Source: Promethearchaeota archaeon
GTDB taxonomy: Archaea; Asgardarchaeota; Lokiarchaeia; Sigyniarchaeales; SOKP01
DNA: 21,077 nt
Reading direction: 5' to 3'
Assembly (NCBI GenBank): GCA_029838195.1
Contig: JALGVJ010000053.1
Span: 1-21,077 of the forward strand
Shown: positions 11,069 to 19,952 of the stretch, in pieces
How positions within the stretch are numbered: position 1 is the stretch's first letter
Layout: every line of letters begins with the position of its first letter
Program-made: the position numbers and the translations under genes
Notes under the pieces: generated by a model
The model's database searches: none
What the model saw: the letters and a program-made list of their open reading frames with translations, nothing else
What the model was told of the DNA's origin: nothing

Positions 11069-11764
11069 ATGAAGAACATCTTGAATTCTCTACGATTAAC
11101 TAAAAATCGAATATATGAATTTTTAATTACCCCTAAAATAGTTAAAATTAGCATGATTTTCAGCTTGATTAATTTTATCTCTTGCGTTTGCACGGGTATC
11201 GCCATAGCTTCCTTGTTTGGACCGGTAGGATATTCTATAATGGATAATTACATTAGTGATTTAGGATCATTAAGATATACTCCCCTTCCTATCTTCTTGG
11301 ATTATGGCGCCATGTCAAGTTCCATTACCATGCTTCCTTTTGGATTTTATTTGGAAAACATTTTAAATCGCGTTCCAAGGACCATGAATGATGTTAAAGA
11401 ATTAAAAAGAAATCGGATTCGATTAAGTAATTTAGGCATGTTGAGCTTTTTAATGGGCGTGGTGGGATTTTTTGGAATAGGATTATTTTCTGAAGACAGA
11501 ACCACGTCTTTAAATCTTCATTATTTCTTTTCGGTTGTTGTATTTTCAGGGTTTATCTTCGCCGGTATTTTTTTTGGTTTAGTTATAGTTTTATATACCA
11601 CGACAATTCCAAAAGTTATTGGCATCTACATGACGTGCATTCCGATTATTCCCGGTATTATTTTTGTTTTCACCCGTGCACCCTTGATGGAATGGTTCAT
11701 GTTTTTTTCCTTGCTCATTTGGATTTCCGCTATCATGATCACCTTCTTTAGGACATTTAATTAA
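11069..11764 (+). CDS. DUF998-like (Frag1/DRAM-related) membrane protein
   Basis: About 6 TM segments with NYISDLG, GIGLFSED, LHYFFS and a late EW motif. Confidence 0.65.
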   Translation: MKNILNSLRLTKNRIYEFLITPKIVKISMIFSLINFISCVCTGIAIASLFGPVGYSIMDNYISDLGSLRYTPLPIFLDYGAMSSSITMLPFGFYLENILNRVPRTMNDVKELKRNRIRLSNLGMLSFLMGVVGFFGIGLFSEDRTTSLNLHYFFSVVVFSGFIFAGIFFGLVIVLYTTTIPKVIGIYMTCIPIIPGIIFVFTRAPLMEWFMFFSLLIWISAIMITFFRTFN

Positions 11765-11946
11765 GAGAAAATTAATATGAGATGTATTTTTTTACTTACT
11801 GAATAGGTTTTTAAAATTTATATCATCCTTAAAATGAGTTTAAAGCAAGCTGAAAAACGCGCGATAAAATTACATTCCTTCCTATAATTAAATTACCGAG
11901 CATGCTTATTTTTTAATTAATTGTTTAATAGAGATGTTGATGCTTT

Positions 11947-13413
11947 ATGAAATATCATGAATATATGGCCCATGAATTACTTGAACAAATAAAAAATAAA
12001 GAAATAAAAGTACAAGACGTTATTCAGGAAATTTTTGAAAGAATTAAAGAGGTAGAAAAAAAACTCCATTCTTTCGTGAATTTGGCTGAAAATGAAGCCT
12101 TGTTGAAGGCGAAAAAAATAGATGAGCAAATCAAAAGAGGTAAGAAAGGAGGCCGGTTATTAGGTCTTCCTTTAGCCAATAAGGATCTCATTTGCATAAA
12201 AAACTTTCCCACGACGTGTTGTTCTAAGATCTTACAAAATTTTCATCCTCCCTATAACGCAACTGTAGTAGAAAAATTAATTCATGAGGGAGGGGCCATT
12301 CACATTGGAAATACAAATATGGATGAGTTTGCGATGGGTAGTTCGACCGAAAATAGTTGCTATGGTTCTACACATAACCCTTGGGCTTTGGATAGGGTGC
12401 CGGGAGGGTCTAGTGGAGGCTCTGGTTCAAGCGTGGCAGCTGGTCAAGCCATCGCAGCATTAGGAAGTGATACGGGGGGAAGTATCCGCTGTCCAGCATC
12501 ATATTGTGGGATCGTTGGCCTTAAACCTACGTATGGAAGGGTTTCCCGGTATGGATTGGTTGCATTCGCTAATTCCTTAGATCAAATCGGGCCTTTAACT
12601 AAGTGTGTACATGACGCAGCCCTTCTTTTAGAAGTCATGGCTGGTAAAGATCCCTTGGATTCTACATCGGTCGATATTCCTGTAAATTCTTACACTGCCT
12701 CATTAAACGTCCCCCTAAAAAATAAAGTCATTGGTGTGCCGAAAGAATATTTTGGAGATGGAATAGAGAAGGATGTTAAAAATGCTGTTGAGAAATCTAT
12801 AGAAATTTTAAAAGAATTAGGAGCTAAAACCATGGATATTAGCTTACATCATCTTGAATACACGGTTCCCACCTATTTTTTATTGTGCATGAGCGAAGCT
12901 AGCTCTAATTTAGCTAGATATGATGGATTGCGTTATGGAAAGATGACAGATAATCTCGAAGGTGATGTCTTTCAAGTATATAGTAGAACTCGAGGAGAAA
13001 AATTTGGTCCCGAAGTAAGGAGAAGGATTATCTTAGGTACCCATGCCTTATCTGCCGGCTATTATGACATGTTTTATATTAAGGCGTTGAAAGTGCGTAC
13101 TCTCATTAAAAAGGATTTCCTGGATGCCTTTAAAAAGTGTGATGTACTCGTAGGTCCTACCATGCCAACTACGGCCTTCAAAATCGGTGAATTAATCAAT
13201 GATCCCTTATCGATGTACATGATGGACGCTCTCACGTGTCCTGTCAATTTAGCAGGCCTTCCTGCCATTTCAATTCCTTGCGGGCATGATAAAAATCACT
13301 TGCCGATAGGATTTCAAGTAATTGGAAGATATTTTGATGAAAAAACAATATTAAATGTGGCTTATCATCTCGAACAAGAATTAAATATTTATCGAACCAT
13401 GCCACCAATTTAA
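11947..13413 (+). CDS. gatA: Asp-tRNA(Asn)/Glu-tRNA(Gln) amidotransferase subunit A
   Basis: Amidase signature KD, TNMDEFAMGSS, GGSSGGS, GSDTGGSIRCPA, plus GatA-specific SNLARYDG and EVRRRIILGT. Confidence 0.97.
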   Translation: MKYHEYMAHELLEQIKNKEIKVQDVIQEIFERIKEVEKKLHSFVNLAENEALLKAKKIDEQIKRGKKGGRLLGLPLANKDLICIKNFPTTCCSKILQNFHPPYNATVVEKLIHEGGAIHIGNTNMDEFAMGSSTENSCYGSTHNPWALDRVPGGSSGGSGSSVAAGQAIAALGSDTGGSIRCPASYCGIVGLKPTYGRVSRYGLVAFANSLDQIGPLTKCVHDAALLLEVMAGKDPLDSTSVDIPVNSYTASLNVPLKNKVIGVPKEYFGDGIEKDVKNAVEKSIEILKELGAKTMDISLHHLEYTVPTYFLLCMSEASSNLARYDGLRYGKMTDNLEGDVFQVYSRTRGEKFGPEVRRRIILGTHALSAGYYDMFYIKALKVRTLIKKDFLDAFKKCDVLVGPTMPTTAFKIGELINDPLSMYMMDALTCPVNLAGLPAISIPCGHDKNHLPIGFQVIGRYFDEKTILNVAYHLEQELNIYRTMPPI

Positions 13414-13415
13414 AA

Positions 13416-13421
13416 GAGGAG
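13416..13421 (+). promoter_or_regulatory. Shine-Dalgarno-like site for gatB
   Basis: GAGGAG 8 nt before the gatB ATG, in the 16-nt gatA-gatB spacer. Confidence 0.55.
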
Positions 13422-13429
13422 TAAAGAGA

Positions 13430-14887
13430 ATGAATTCAGAAAATGATGTGATCATTGGTTTAGAAGTACATGTTCAATTAAATAATTTGAAAACTAAATT
13501 ATTTTGTAGCTGTAGTACCGATTATAGAGGAAAAGAACCGAATACGCATGTTTGCCCGATATGTCTTGGCTTGCCGGGATCCTTACCCGTTATCAATGAA
13601 AAAGCAATTGAATTTGCCACCAAGGTCGCACTTGCGCTCCAATGTGAAATAAATGAACGGTTCTGGTTTTTCAGGAAAAATTATTTTTATCCCGATATGG
13701 CAAAAAATTTTCAAATCTCCCAATATAATAAAGCGGGGGGCAGGGCTTTTGGAAATAAGGGCCATATTACGATAAAAATAAATGGAGTAAAAAAAGATAT
13801 TCTCTTGAATAGGATTCATTTAGAAGAAGATCCGGCAAGGATCGTTCATTTTGGAAGCATTATTACCTCTCCCTACACGCTGGTAGATTATAATCGTTCG
13901 GGAATTACCTTGCTTGAAATTGTGACGGAACCTCTCATTAATTCTCCAGAAGAAGCACGAGAATTTTTGAACCAATTAAAATTATTAATTGAATATACCG
14001 GCGTGTCTAATCTTGACTTAGAAGGTTCTTGTCGTGTCGATGCTAATATTTCCATTAAGGGATATCCTCGCGTTGAGGTAAAAAACATTAATAGCTTTAA
14101 AGAAGTAGAGAGCGCTTTAAAATGGGAAATTACTCGCCAAAAAAATTTGATCAAGAGAAATCAATCCTTCACGCAAGAAACGCGCCACTGGGATGGAAAA
14201 GTAACCATTCCCTTGAGAACAAAGGAATTTGAAAAAGATTATCGGTATTTTCCCGAACAAGATCTTGTTCCTATTGAATTGACGCAGGAATATATTGAGA
14301 AAATACGGAAAACCTTACCTGAAATGCCTAATGAACGCTTCGAACGCTTGCGAAAACAATATCAACTTTCTGAATTTGATGCTGAAAATTTGATCTTGAA
14401 CAAATCACTTGCTGATTTCTATGAAGAAGGCGTGAATTTAGACCCTTCTTTTGGTCCCGAAGAATATAAACTCTATTGTAATTGGTTAATGAATGACGTG
14501 TTAGGATGGCTCAATGATCATAAATTAACTATTGACCAAACCCGATTAAAACCGCATCACCTCGTAGATCTCATTAAATATCTTCAATCCGGAAAAATTA
14601 CCTCAAAAATCGCAAAAACATTAACGGATGAGATAATGAAAGGCATTCCTTTAGAAAAAATCCTTAAAAAACACGGGAAAGTGAGAATTGATGATGAAAC
14701 TTACATTCGAAAAATCGTTCGAGAAGTGATTAATGAGAATCCAAAGATTGTCGAAGATTATTTTAAAAAACCAAAAGCCATGCAAGCTCTCATTGGAAAT
14801 GTCATGAAAAAAACAAGAGGCCAAGCAGATCCTAAATTAACTCAAACCATCATGCAAGAAGAACTAAAAAAATTAGAAAGAAATTAA
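13430..14887 (+). CDS. gatB: Asp-tRNA(Asn)/Glu-tRNA(Gln) amidotransferase subunit B
   Basis: IGLEVHVQL, KLFCSC, CPICLGLPGSLP, RKNYFYPD, IHLEED, EVKNINSF, DYRYFPE, and a C-terminal YqeY-like domain (GNVMKKTRGQADP). Confidence 0.97.
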   Translation: MNSENDVIIGLEVHVQLNNLKTKLFCSCSTDYRGKEPNTHVCPICLGLPGSLPVINEKAIEFATKVALALQCEINERFWFFRKNYFYPDMAKNFQISQYNKAGGRAFGNKGHITIKINGVKKDILLNRIHLEEDPARIVHFGSIITSPYTLVDYNRSGITLLEIVTEPLINSPEEAREFLNQLKLLIEYTGVSNLDLEGSCRVDANISIKGYPRVEVKNINSFKEVESALKWEITRQKNLIKRNQSFTQETRHWDGKVTIPLRTKEFEKDYRYFPEQDLVPIELTQEYIEKIRKTLPEMPNERFERLRKQYQLSEFDAENLILNKSLADFYEEGVNLDPSFGPEEYKLYCNWLMNDVLGWLNDHKLTIDQTRLKPHHLVDLIKYLQSGKITSKIAKTLTDEIMKGIPLEKILKKHGKVRIDDETYIRKIVREVINENPKIVEDYFKKPKAMQALIGNVMKKTRGQADPKLTQTIMQEELKKLERN

Positions 14888-14897
14888 TTTTTTTTTT
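14888..14897 (+). terminator. Oligo-T archaeal-type terminator candidate for gatAB
   Basis: A run of 10 T directly follows the gatB stop and fills the 8-bp gap to the convergent Roadblock gene. Confidence 0.5.
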
Positions 14898-15249
14898 AAA
14901 GGACTTGTTCTAATGCGTTTTTAGCTGCACTTAATTTTAAATTCACGATACCCAGTTTTACTTCCAGAGAGGCTAGAACGCATAAAATGTTTCCTTTTAC
15001 TTCCGTGAATAAAATTTTTCCCTTTTGAGATTCTAAAATTGCATTATTAAACGCACCTTGTTCCAATTCTTTCGTAGCTCGCTGCGAAGCTTTTAATACT
15101 AAAGTGACCATCGCCGCCACGGCTTCAGGATTAACCCAGCCAGGTAAGGACGCGCCTTTAATGAGACCAAACTTCTCTATTAGTGCCGCTCCATAGACAC
15201 CCTTAATCGCTTTTAGAGAATCCAAAATTTCTGTTATCTTTTCACTCAT
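14896..15249 (-). CDS. Roadblock/LC7 (MglB/LAMTOR2-like) domain protein
   Basis: 117 aa: N-terminal helix, GVYGAALIEKFGLI, AVAAM helix, ELEQG, strands, and VKLGIV before a C-terminal helix. This is the typical Roadblock pattern. Confidence 0.88.
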   Translation of the reverse strand: MSEKITEILDSLKAIKGVYGAALIEKFGLIKGASLPGWVNPEAVAAMVTLVLKASQRATKELEQGAFNNAILESQKGKILFTEVKGNILCVLASLEVKLGIVNLKLSAAKNALEQVL

Positions 15250-15302
15250 GATAGCAATTTAATCATGTTATTTTTTAAATTTAATAGTATTATAATAAGA
15301 TT

Positions 15303-15659
15303 TTAACTATTTAAGTTTTTAAGTATGAGAATTTTTGATTTATCTTCAAAAAGTTTAATTTGAAGGTCTTTCTGAGTAATTATGGCTATAATGTAGCCCC
15401 CAATAACACTTATTAACAGATTAGCTTCCGCATTCTCCGCTACCAGCTTCATTACTTTTCCTTGCCGAAGTTCTTGGAAAACCTCATTTGAAATCGTTAA
15501 AAGAGAATTTAGAAAATCCATTATTTTATCAAGATTTACCCAATTAGGCAATGCATCGTGCTTAATCGTGCCAAACTTATTCATGATCAAAAAACCTATC
15601 ACTCCTTCTACATTGCTCAAAGCATCAATGATTTCTGAAATATTAATCATGGAAGGCAT
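15303..15659 (-). CDS. Roadblock/LC7 domain protein, divergent paralogue
   Basis: Aligns with its neighbour (EIxDxL, GVxG, KFGxIK, LPxWVN, ELxQG). Start placed at ATG 15659, which has GAGGAG 6 nt upstream and gives 118 aa. The ORF track starts at 15692. Confidence 0.8.
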   Translation of the reverse strand: MPSMINISEIIDALSNVEGVIGFLIMNKFGTIKHDALPNWVNLDKIMDFLNSLLTISNEVFQELRQGKVMKLVAENAEANLLISVIGGYIIAIITQKDLQIKLFEDKSKILILKNLNS

Positions 15660-15826
15660 TTTTTTCTCCTCTTTTTTATTATTGGGTTCCATTTTTTAAT
15701 GACTCGTCTCCTCTCTTAAGTTAATATTAAAATTTATTTTAATTAAATTTTTTAATATTTCATTCTTCTATTCTCGATCCCATAGTACAAGCATGATAAA
15801 ATAATAAAATCAAATAAAAGAAAAAG

Positions 15827-16894
15827 TTATAGCTTGATAATTTTACCTTTTAGATCTAAGATGATCACTAAAACGGATATCAGAGCTATCATGATCAATC
15901 CAATAAAGAGAGTAAGGTCCATTCCAATAATATCTTCGATTAAAAACTTCAACACAATCGCCACGATATAAATCAAAAAAGGACTCTTTCCATAACTCCC
16001 TAAAAAGAAAATCGGCTTTTGATATTTCTTATCAATCGCAATAAATATGAAAGCCATCAAAATTGAAACTCCCAGACTAATATAAATATATGATGCAGTC
16101 ACCTGGCGCTTGTTTGGATACCACTCTGGAATTAGCATTAGTAATAAACCCCCAACTAACGTGATGATGCCGATAATAGCCAAATTACGAAATTTTATGG
16201 ATTCATCGGGATTCTTTTCGACAAGCAAGTATTCACCGATGGAGGTAGCATATATCATAATGGCAGAAAACCCAAAAATCGTCCCAAGAATGCCCCCATG
16301 AACCGAGGCAATCGCATATTCTCGCCATCCCCCGTATATCAACATGAATTGATAAAAAATCAAGAGGATCGTGGCCAAGACCGCACGAAGCTTAGGAGAT
16401 ACCCAGAGAAAAGGAATAGCAATTATTCCAACTAATCCTAGCGTCGGTAACACGTCCCAGACAATCACGACCATCCCTGAAACAATGAGAGGCTCTCCAT
16501 CTACTTTTTTAATGAAGGAACCTTGGTCTATCAATACTACTAATAATCCTAATCCTAATATAATTCCGTAGCGAATGAGAATATGGAACACGGCTTTACC
16601 TAAGCCATCTCTCTGCTTTCTTTTAGTAAAGGATAATGGCATGAGTAAACCCATTACTATTATGAATGCTGGTGCCCCGATGTCATAAAAATTCATTACT
16701 AGGGTCGTTTTCGAATGTTCTGGATGTTCCAAAAAGAATCTCAATGAACCTTCCCTAATCCAATCGGGTAAATACATGGTGACTACCAAGAGGATCATTA
16801 TAAAGCCACGGGCGTGGTCAATCCAATGGATTCTCTTCTTCTCAAGAATGGTTTCAGAAGGTTCCGTTTTTATTTCATTCATGATTAGTATCAT
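15827..16894 (-). CDS. HGSNAT-like (heparan-alpha-glucosaminide N-acetyltransferase/DUF1624-type) transmembrane acyltransferase
   Basis: RIHWIDHARG, LEH, FYDIGAPAFIIVMG, IRYGII, DVLPTLG, GILGTI, PNKRQVTASY and YGKSPFLIY; roughly 10 TM segments. Confidence 0.75.
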   Translation of the reverse strand: MILIMNEIKTEPSETILEKKRIHWIDHARGFIMILLVVTMYLPDWIREGSLRFFLEHPEHSKTTLVMNFYDIGAPAFIIVMGLLMPLSFTKRKQRDGLGKAVFHILIRYGIILGLGLLVVLIDQGSFIKKVDGEPLIVSGMVVIVWDVLPTLGLVGIIAIPFLWVSPKLRAVLATILLIFYQFMLIYGGWREYAIASVHGGILGTIFGFSAIMIYATSIGEYLLVEKNPDESIKFRNLAIIGIITLVGGLLLMLIPEWYPNKRQVTASYIYISLGVSILMAFIFIAIDKKYQKPIFFLGSYGKSPFLIYIVAIVLKFLIEDIIGMDLTLFIGLIMIALISVLVIILDLKGKIIKL

Positions 16895-17134
16895 CTATTT
16901 TTTTAATTCTTTAAATATAATTCCTTCAAGTAGCTAGTTAATTTTGATCTTATTTAATTCTTTTTCGTGAACAAAACAAATGATGTTTAACATGAAGGGG
17001 AAATTAATCAAAAAAAAGCTTCATGGCACCACAATCTCTCTTATACCATTCCTTCACGCTTGGATCTAGGGAAAAATAAAATCCGAGGTGGGTAAAAAAA
17101 GAAACAAAGTGATATCGTAATTTAAACTTATCTT

Positions 17135-18541
17135 TCATGAGTTAAAATTAAAATAATTGACGGCATTATTATAACATATATCCTCGACAATTTTTCCCAA
17201 AAGGCTCATATCATTAGGAAGTTCTCCCCTTTCTACTTCCGTCCCTATTATATTACAGAGGATCCTACGGAAGTACTCATGACGTGGAAAGGACAAAAAA
17301 CTTCTGGAATCTGTGGTCATCCCTACGAATCGACTCAATAAGCCCAAATTTGATAAAGCATTTAATTGCATTTCAATCCCCTCTTTTTGGTCTAAAAACC
17401 ACCATGCGGGCCCAAATTGAAGTTTGCCGGGAATTGAACCATCTTGAAAAACCCCAATCATGGATGCAACTAAGTAGTTATCACGGGGATTGATGTTAAA
17501 GAGTACAGTTTTAGTCAGTTCATTAGTTTGGTCTAATTTATCCAAGAATTTAGCCATATCAGAAGCAATGAGGAAGTCCCCAATAGAATCAAATCCTGTA
17601 TCTGGGCCAAGAAGCTTGAAATGGCGCGTGTTATTATTGCGAAGGGCTCCAAAATGAAATTGTTGAACCCACCCTCTTTTGTGGTTCATCTTACCCATTT
17701 CAAGAAGGAAGGCTGTTTTGAATTTAGCTTCTTCTGCTTCATTAGCATGATGGCCGGAAAGCACTTTTTTTAAAATGAAATCAAGTTCCTCCTCTTTATA
17801 ATCTTCAGCATGGAATTTGAGGATACCATGGTCGGATAATCGACAACCATTTTGATGAAAATATGCATGCCGCAAGTCTAAAGCACTCATTAACGTGTAA
17901 AAATCATTAATTTTAAAACCGCTAACCTCTGATAACGCTTGGATGTATTGCTTGAAGTTGCGTGTATCATTGATGGCCATTGCTTTATCCGGCCGAAATG
18001 CCGGGAAAACTTTTATTTCAAAATTTTCTTTTTTAATTTGCCGATGGTATTCGAGAAAATCAATAGGATCTTCCGTTGTACACACTAAGGCTACCTTCAT
18101 TTTTCGCAATAAATTGCGAGTAGAAAAGTCGGACGTGGTTAGCAAGGAAGAACAATGATCATAAATTTTCTTACAAGTGAATGCATTTAACAATTCTTTC
18201 ACATTGAAATATCTCTGGAGTTCTAAGTGAGTCCAGTGATATAATGGATTTCTTATCGTTATGGGAACCGTCATGGCCCATTTTCGAAATTTTTCAAAAT
18301 CCGTGGCATCACCCGTACAATATTTCTCTTCAATTCCGTTTGAACGCATGGCTCTCCACTTGTAATGATCACCCGCTAACCATGCTTCCGTGAGATTCTT
18401 AAAACATTTATCCTCAGCAATCTCTTTTACGGGCAAGTGACAATGATAATCGAAAATGGGCATTTTTTCAGCATGCTCGTGATAAAGTAACCGAGCTGTC
18501 TCTGAATGCAATAAAAAATCATCATCCAAGAATTTCCTCAT
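17135..18541 (-). CDS. uxaC: Glucuronate (uronate) isomerase
   Basis: PIFDYHCHL, GDHYKWRAMR, NPLYHWTHLEL, WWFLDQ, GMTTDSRSFLSFPRHEYFRR and DICYNNA. Confidence 0.96.
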   Translation of the reverse strand: MRKFLDDDFLLHSETARLLYHEHAEKMPIFDYHCHLPVKEIAEDKCFKNLTEAWLAGDHYKWRAMRSNGIEEKYCTGDATDFEKFRKWAMTVPITIRNPLYHWTHLELQRYFNVKELLNAFTCKKIYDHCSSLLTTSDFSTRNLLRKMKVALVCTTEDPIDFLEYHRQIKKENFEIKVFPAFRPDKAMAINDTRNFKQYIQALSEVSGFKINDFYTLMSALDLRHAYFHQNGCRLSDHGILKFHAEDYKEEELDFILKKVLSGHHANEAEEAKFKTAFLLEMGKMNHKRGWVQQFHFGALRNNNTRHFKLLGPDTGFDSIGDFLIASDMAKFLDKLDQTNELTKTVLFNINPRDNYLVASMIGVFQDGSIPGKLQFGPAWWFLDQKEGIEMQLNALSNLGLLSRFVGMTTDSRSFLSFPRHEYFRRILCNIIGTEVERGELPNDMSLLGKIVEDICYNNAVNYFNFNS

Positions 18542-18803
18542 GATCTCTATTTCTCACTAAATTATTTACCATGATGAATGATTGCTTGAGTACTTTAATT
18601 CTAAAAAGAATTTAAGCCTAAAAAATTATCTAAAAAAACAGAAATCTTGAAGAATTCATTCGCTTTGCTAATTAAAATTTCAAAAATAAAGATTCTCTTT
18701 AAAATAAAAGATCTCTCAAGAACAACTCGTGTAATATCTTAAGCCAAACGATATTAAAAGAAAAGAAAATAAAAAAAAGTAGTAATTATAGAGAAAAAGG
18801 GGT

Positions 18804-19748
18804 TTATAATTTCACTAGCTCCCCTGCTACGGACATTATATCTTGTTTTTTTGGTATTCCTTTAAGCAATTCTGAAGGAATGCGTTCTGCTAAAATCTCT
18901 GGAGTAAAGGGACTGCCAGCATTATCGATTCTCTTTACCGTATGCCATCCTCTAAATATCCAGACTTTGTCTCCGGCTATTCGAAAAACTTCCCCATTGA
19001 TCCTCCGAGCTTTATCCGAAGCTAAATAAACGACTAATGGAGCGACGTTAGAAGGGTGAAATACATCTAACCCTTTTTCGTCCTTTTTGGTCATGATGCC
19101 CACCATCTTCGGCGTAGCATCAGTCGTCAATCTTGTCCTTGCCATCGGCACGATACAATTTACAGTTGCGTATTTTTTTAATTCCATGGCGGTTATGAGG
19201 GTAAAAGCAGCAATGCCTGCTTTAGCTGCCCCATAATTGCTCTGCCCCATATTTCCAAGAAGTCCGGCGTCTGAAGCTGTATTAATGATTCTGCCGAAAT
19301 TTTTCAATTTAGGATCTTCCTTGCCCCGTTTTCTAAAATATTCTGCTGCATGGCGGGTCGTATTAAAGGTTCCTTTAAGATGAACGGCGATGACGGCATC
19401 AAATTCTTCCTCGGTCATGTTAAAAATCATACGATCTCGGAGGATACCTGCATTATTTACCACGATATCAAGTTTTCCGAATTCTTTTATGGCTTGTTCA
19501 ATCATTCCTTTTGCTTTATTGAAATCTGCCACGGAATCATAATTTCCGACGGCTTCAACTCCTAATTTTTTACATTCTTCCGCAACTTCATCAGCGACTT
19601 TAGTTTCAGCGCCTGTTCCATCAAAAGAGGCGCCCAAATCATTAATCACTAGATTGCATCCTTCTCTTGCCATGGCTAGGGCTTCTTCTCGCCCTAATCC
19701 TCTTCCAGCGCCCGTAATTAAGGCGACTTTTCCATCCAGCATGCCCAT
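18804..19748 (-). CDS. SDR oxidoreductase, 3-hydroxyacyl-CoA dehydrogenase-like (MFE-2/HSD17B4 N-domain type)
   Basis: TGAGRGLG, INDLG (acidic residue suggests NAD preference), NNAGILRD, catalytic Ser in NTAS, and YGAAK. Confidence 0.88.
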   Translation of the reverse strand: MGMLDGKVALITGAGRGLGREEALAMAREGCNLVINDLGASFDGTGAETKVADEVAEECKKLGVEAVGNYDSVADFNKAKGMIEQAIKEFGKLDIVVNNAGILRDRMIFNMTEEEFDAVIAVHLKGTFNTTRHAAEYFRKRGKEDPKLKNFGRIINTASDAGLLGNMGQSNYGAAKAGIAAFTLITAMELKKYATVNCIVPMARTRLTTDATPKMVGIMTKKDEKGLDVFHPSNVAPLVVYLASDKARRINGEVFRIAGDKVWIFRGWHTVKRIDNAGSPFTPEILAERIPSELLKGIPKKQDIMSVAGELVKL

Positions 19749-19952
19749 GCTTTATTTCACTTCCATTTATCATCAATTTTTATTAATTTCGAAGTTGATA
19801 TAATAATTAAAATTGACTTTTACTCCTTAAAAAATTTCACATTCTTATGGTTATAGAATAGCTTAATTGGCATGAAAGATAATTAAACGATATTTAAAGA
19901 GATTTTTTTTACAGCCGATTCATTTAAAAAATTAGGAACGTGATCAGTAACC

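Noticed and set aside
11765-11946. Possible small gatC upstream of gatA
   Set aside because: The spacer is too short for a typical GatC and the ORF track shows nothing there.
17053-17092. Hairpin considered as a SECIS element
   Set aside because: Neither neighbouring gene has an in-frame TGA needing recoding, and no clear SECIS core motif is present.
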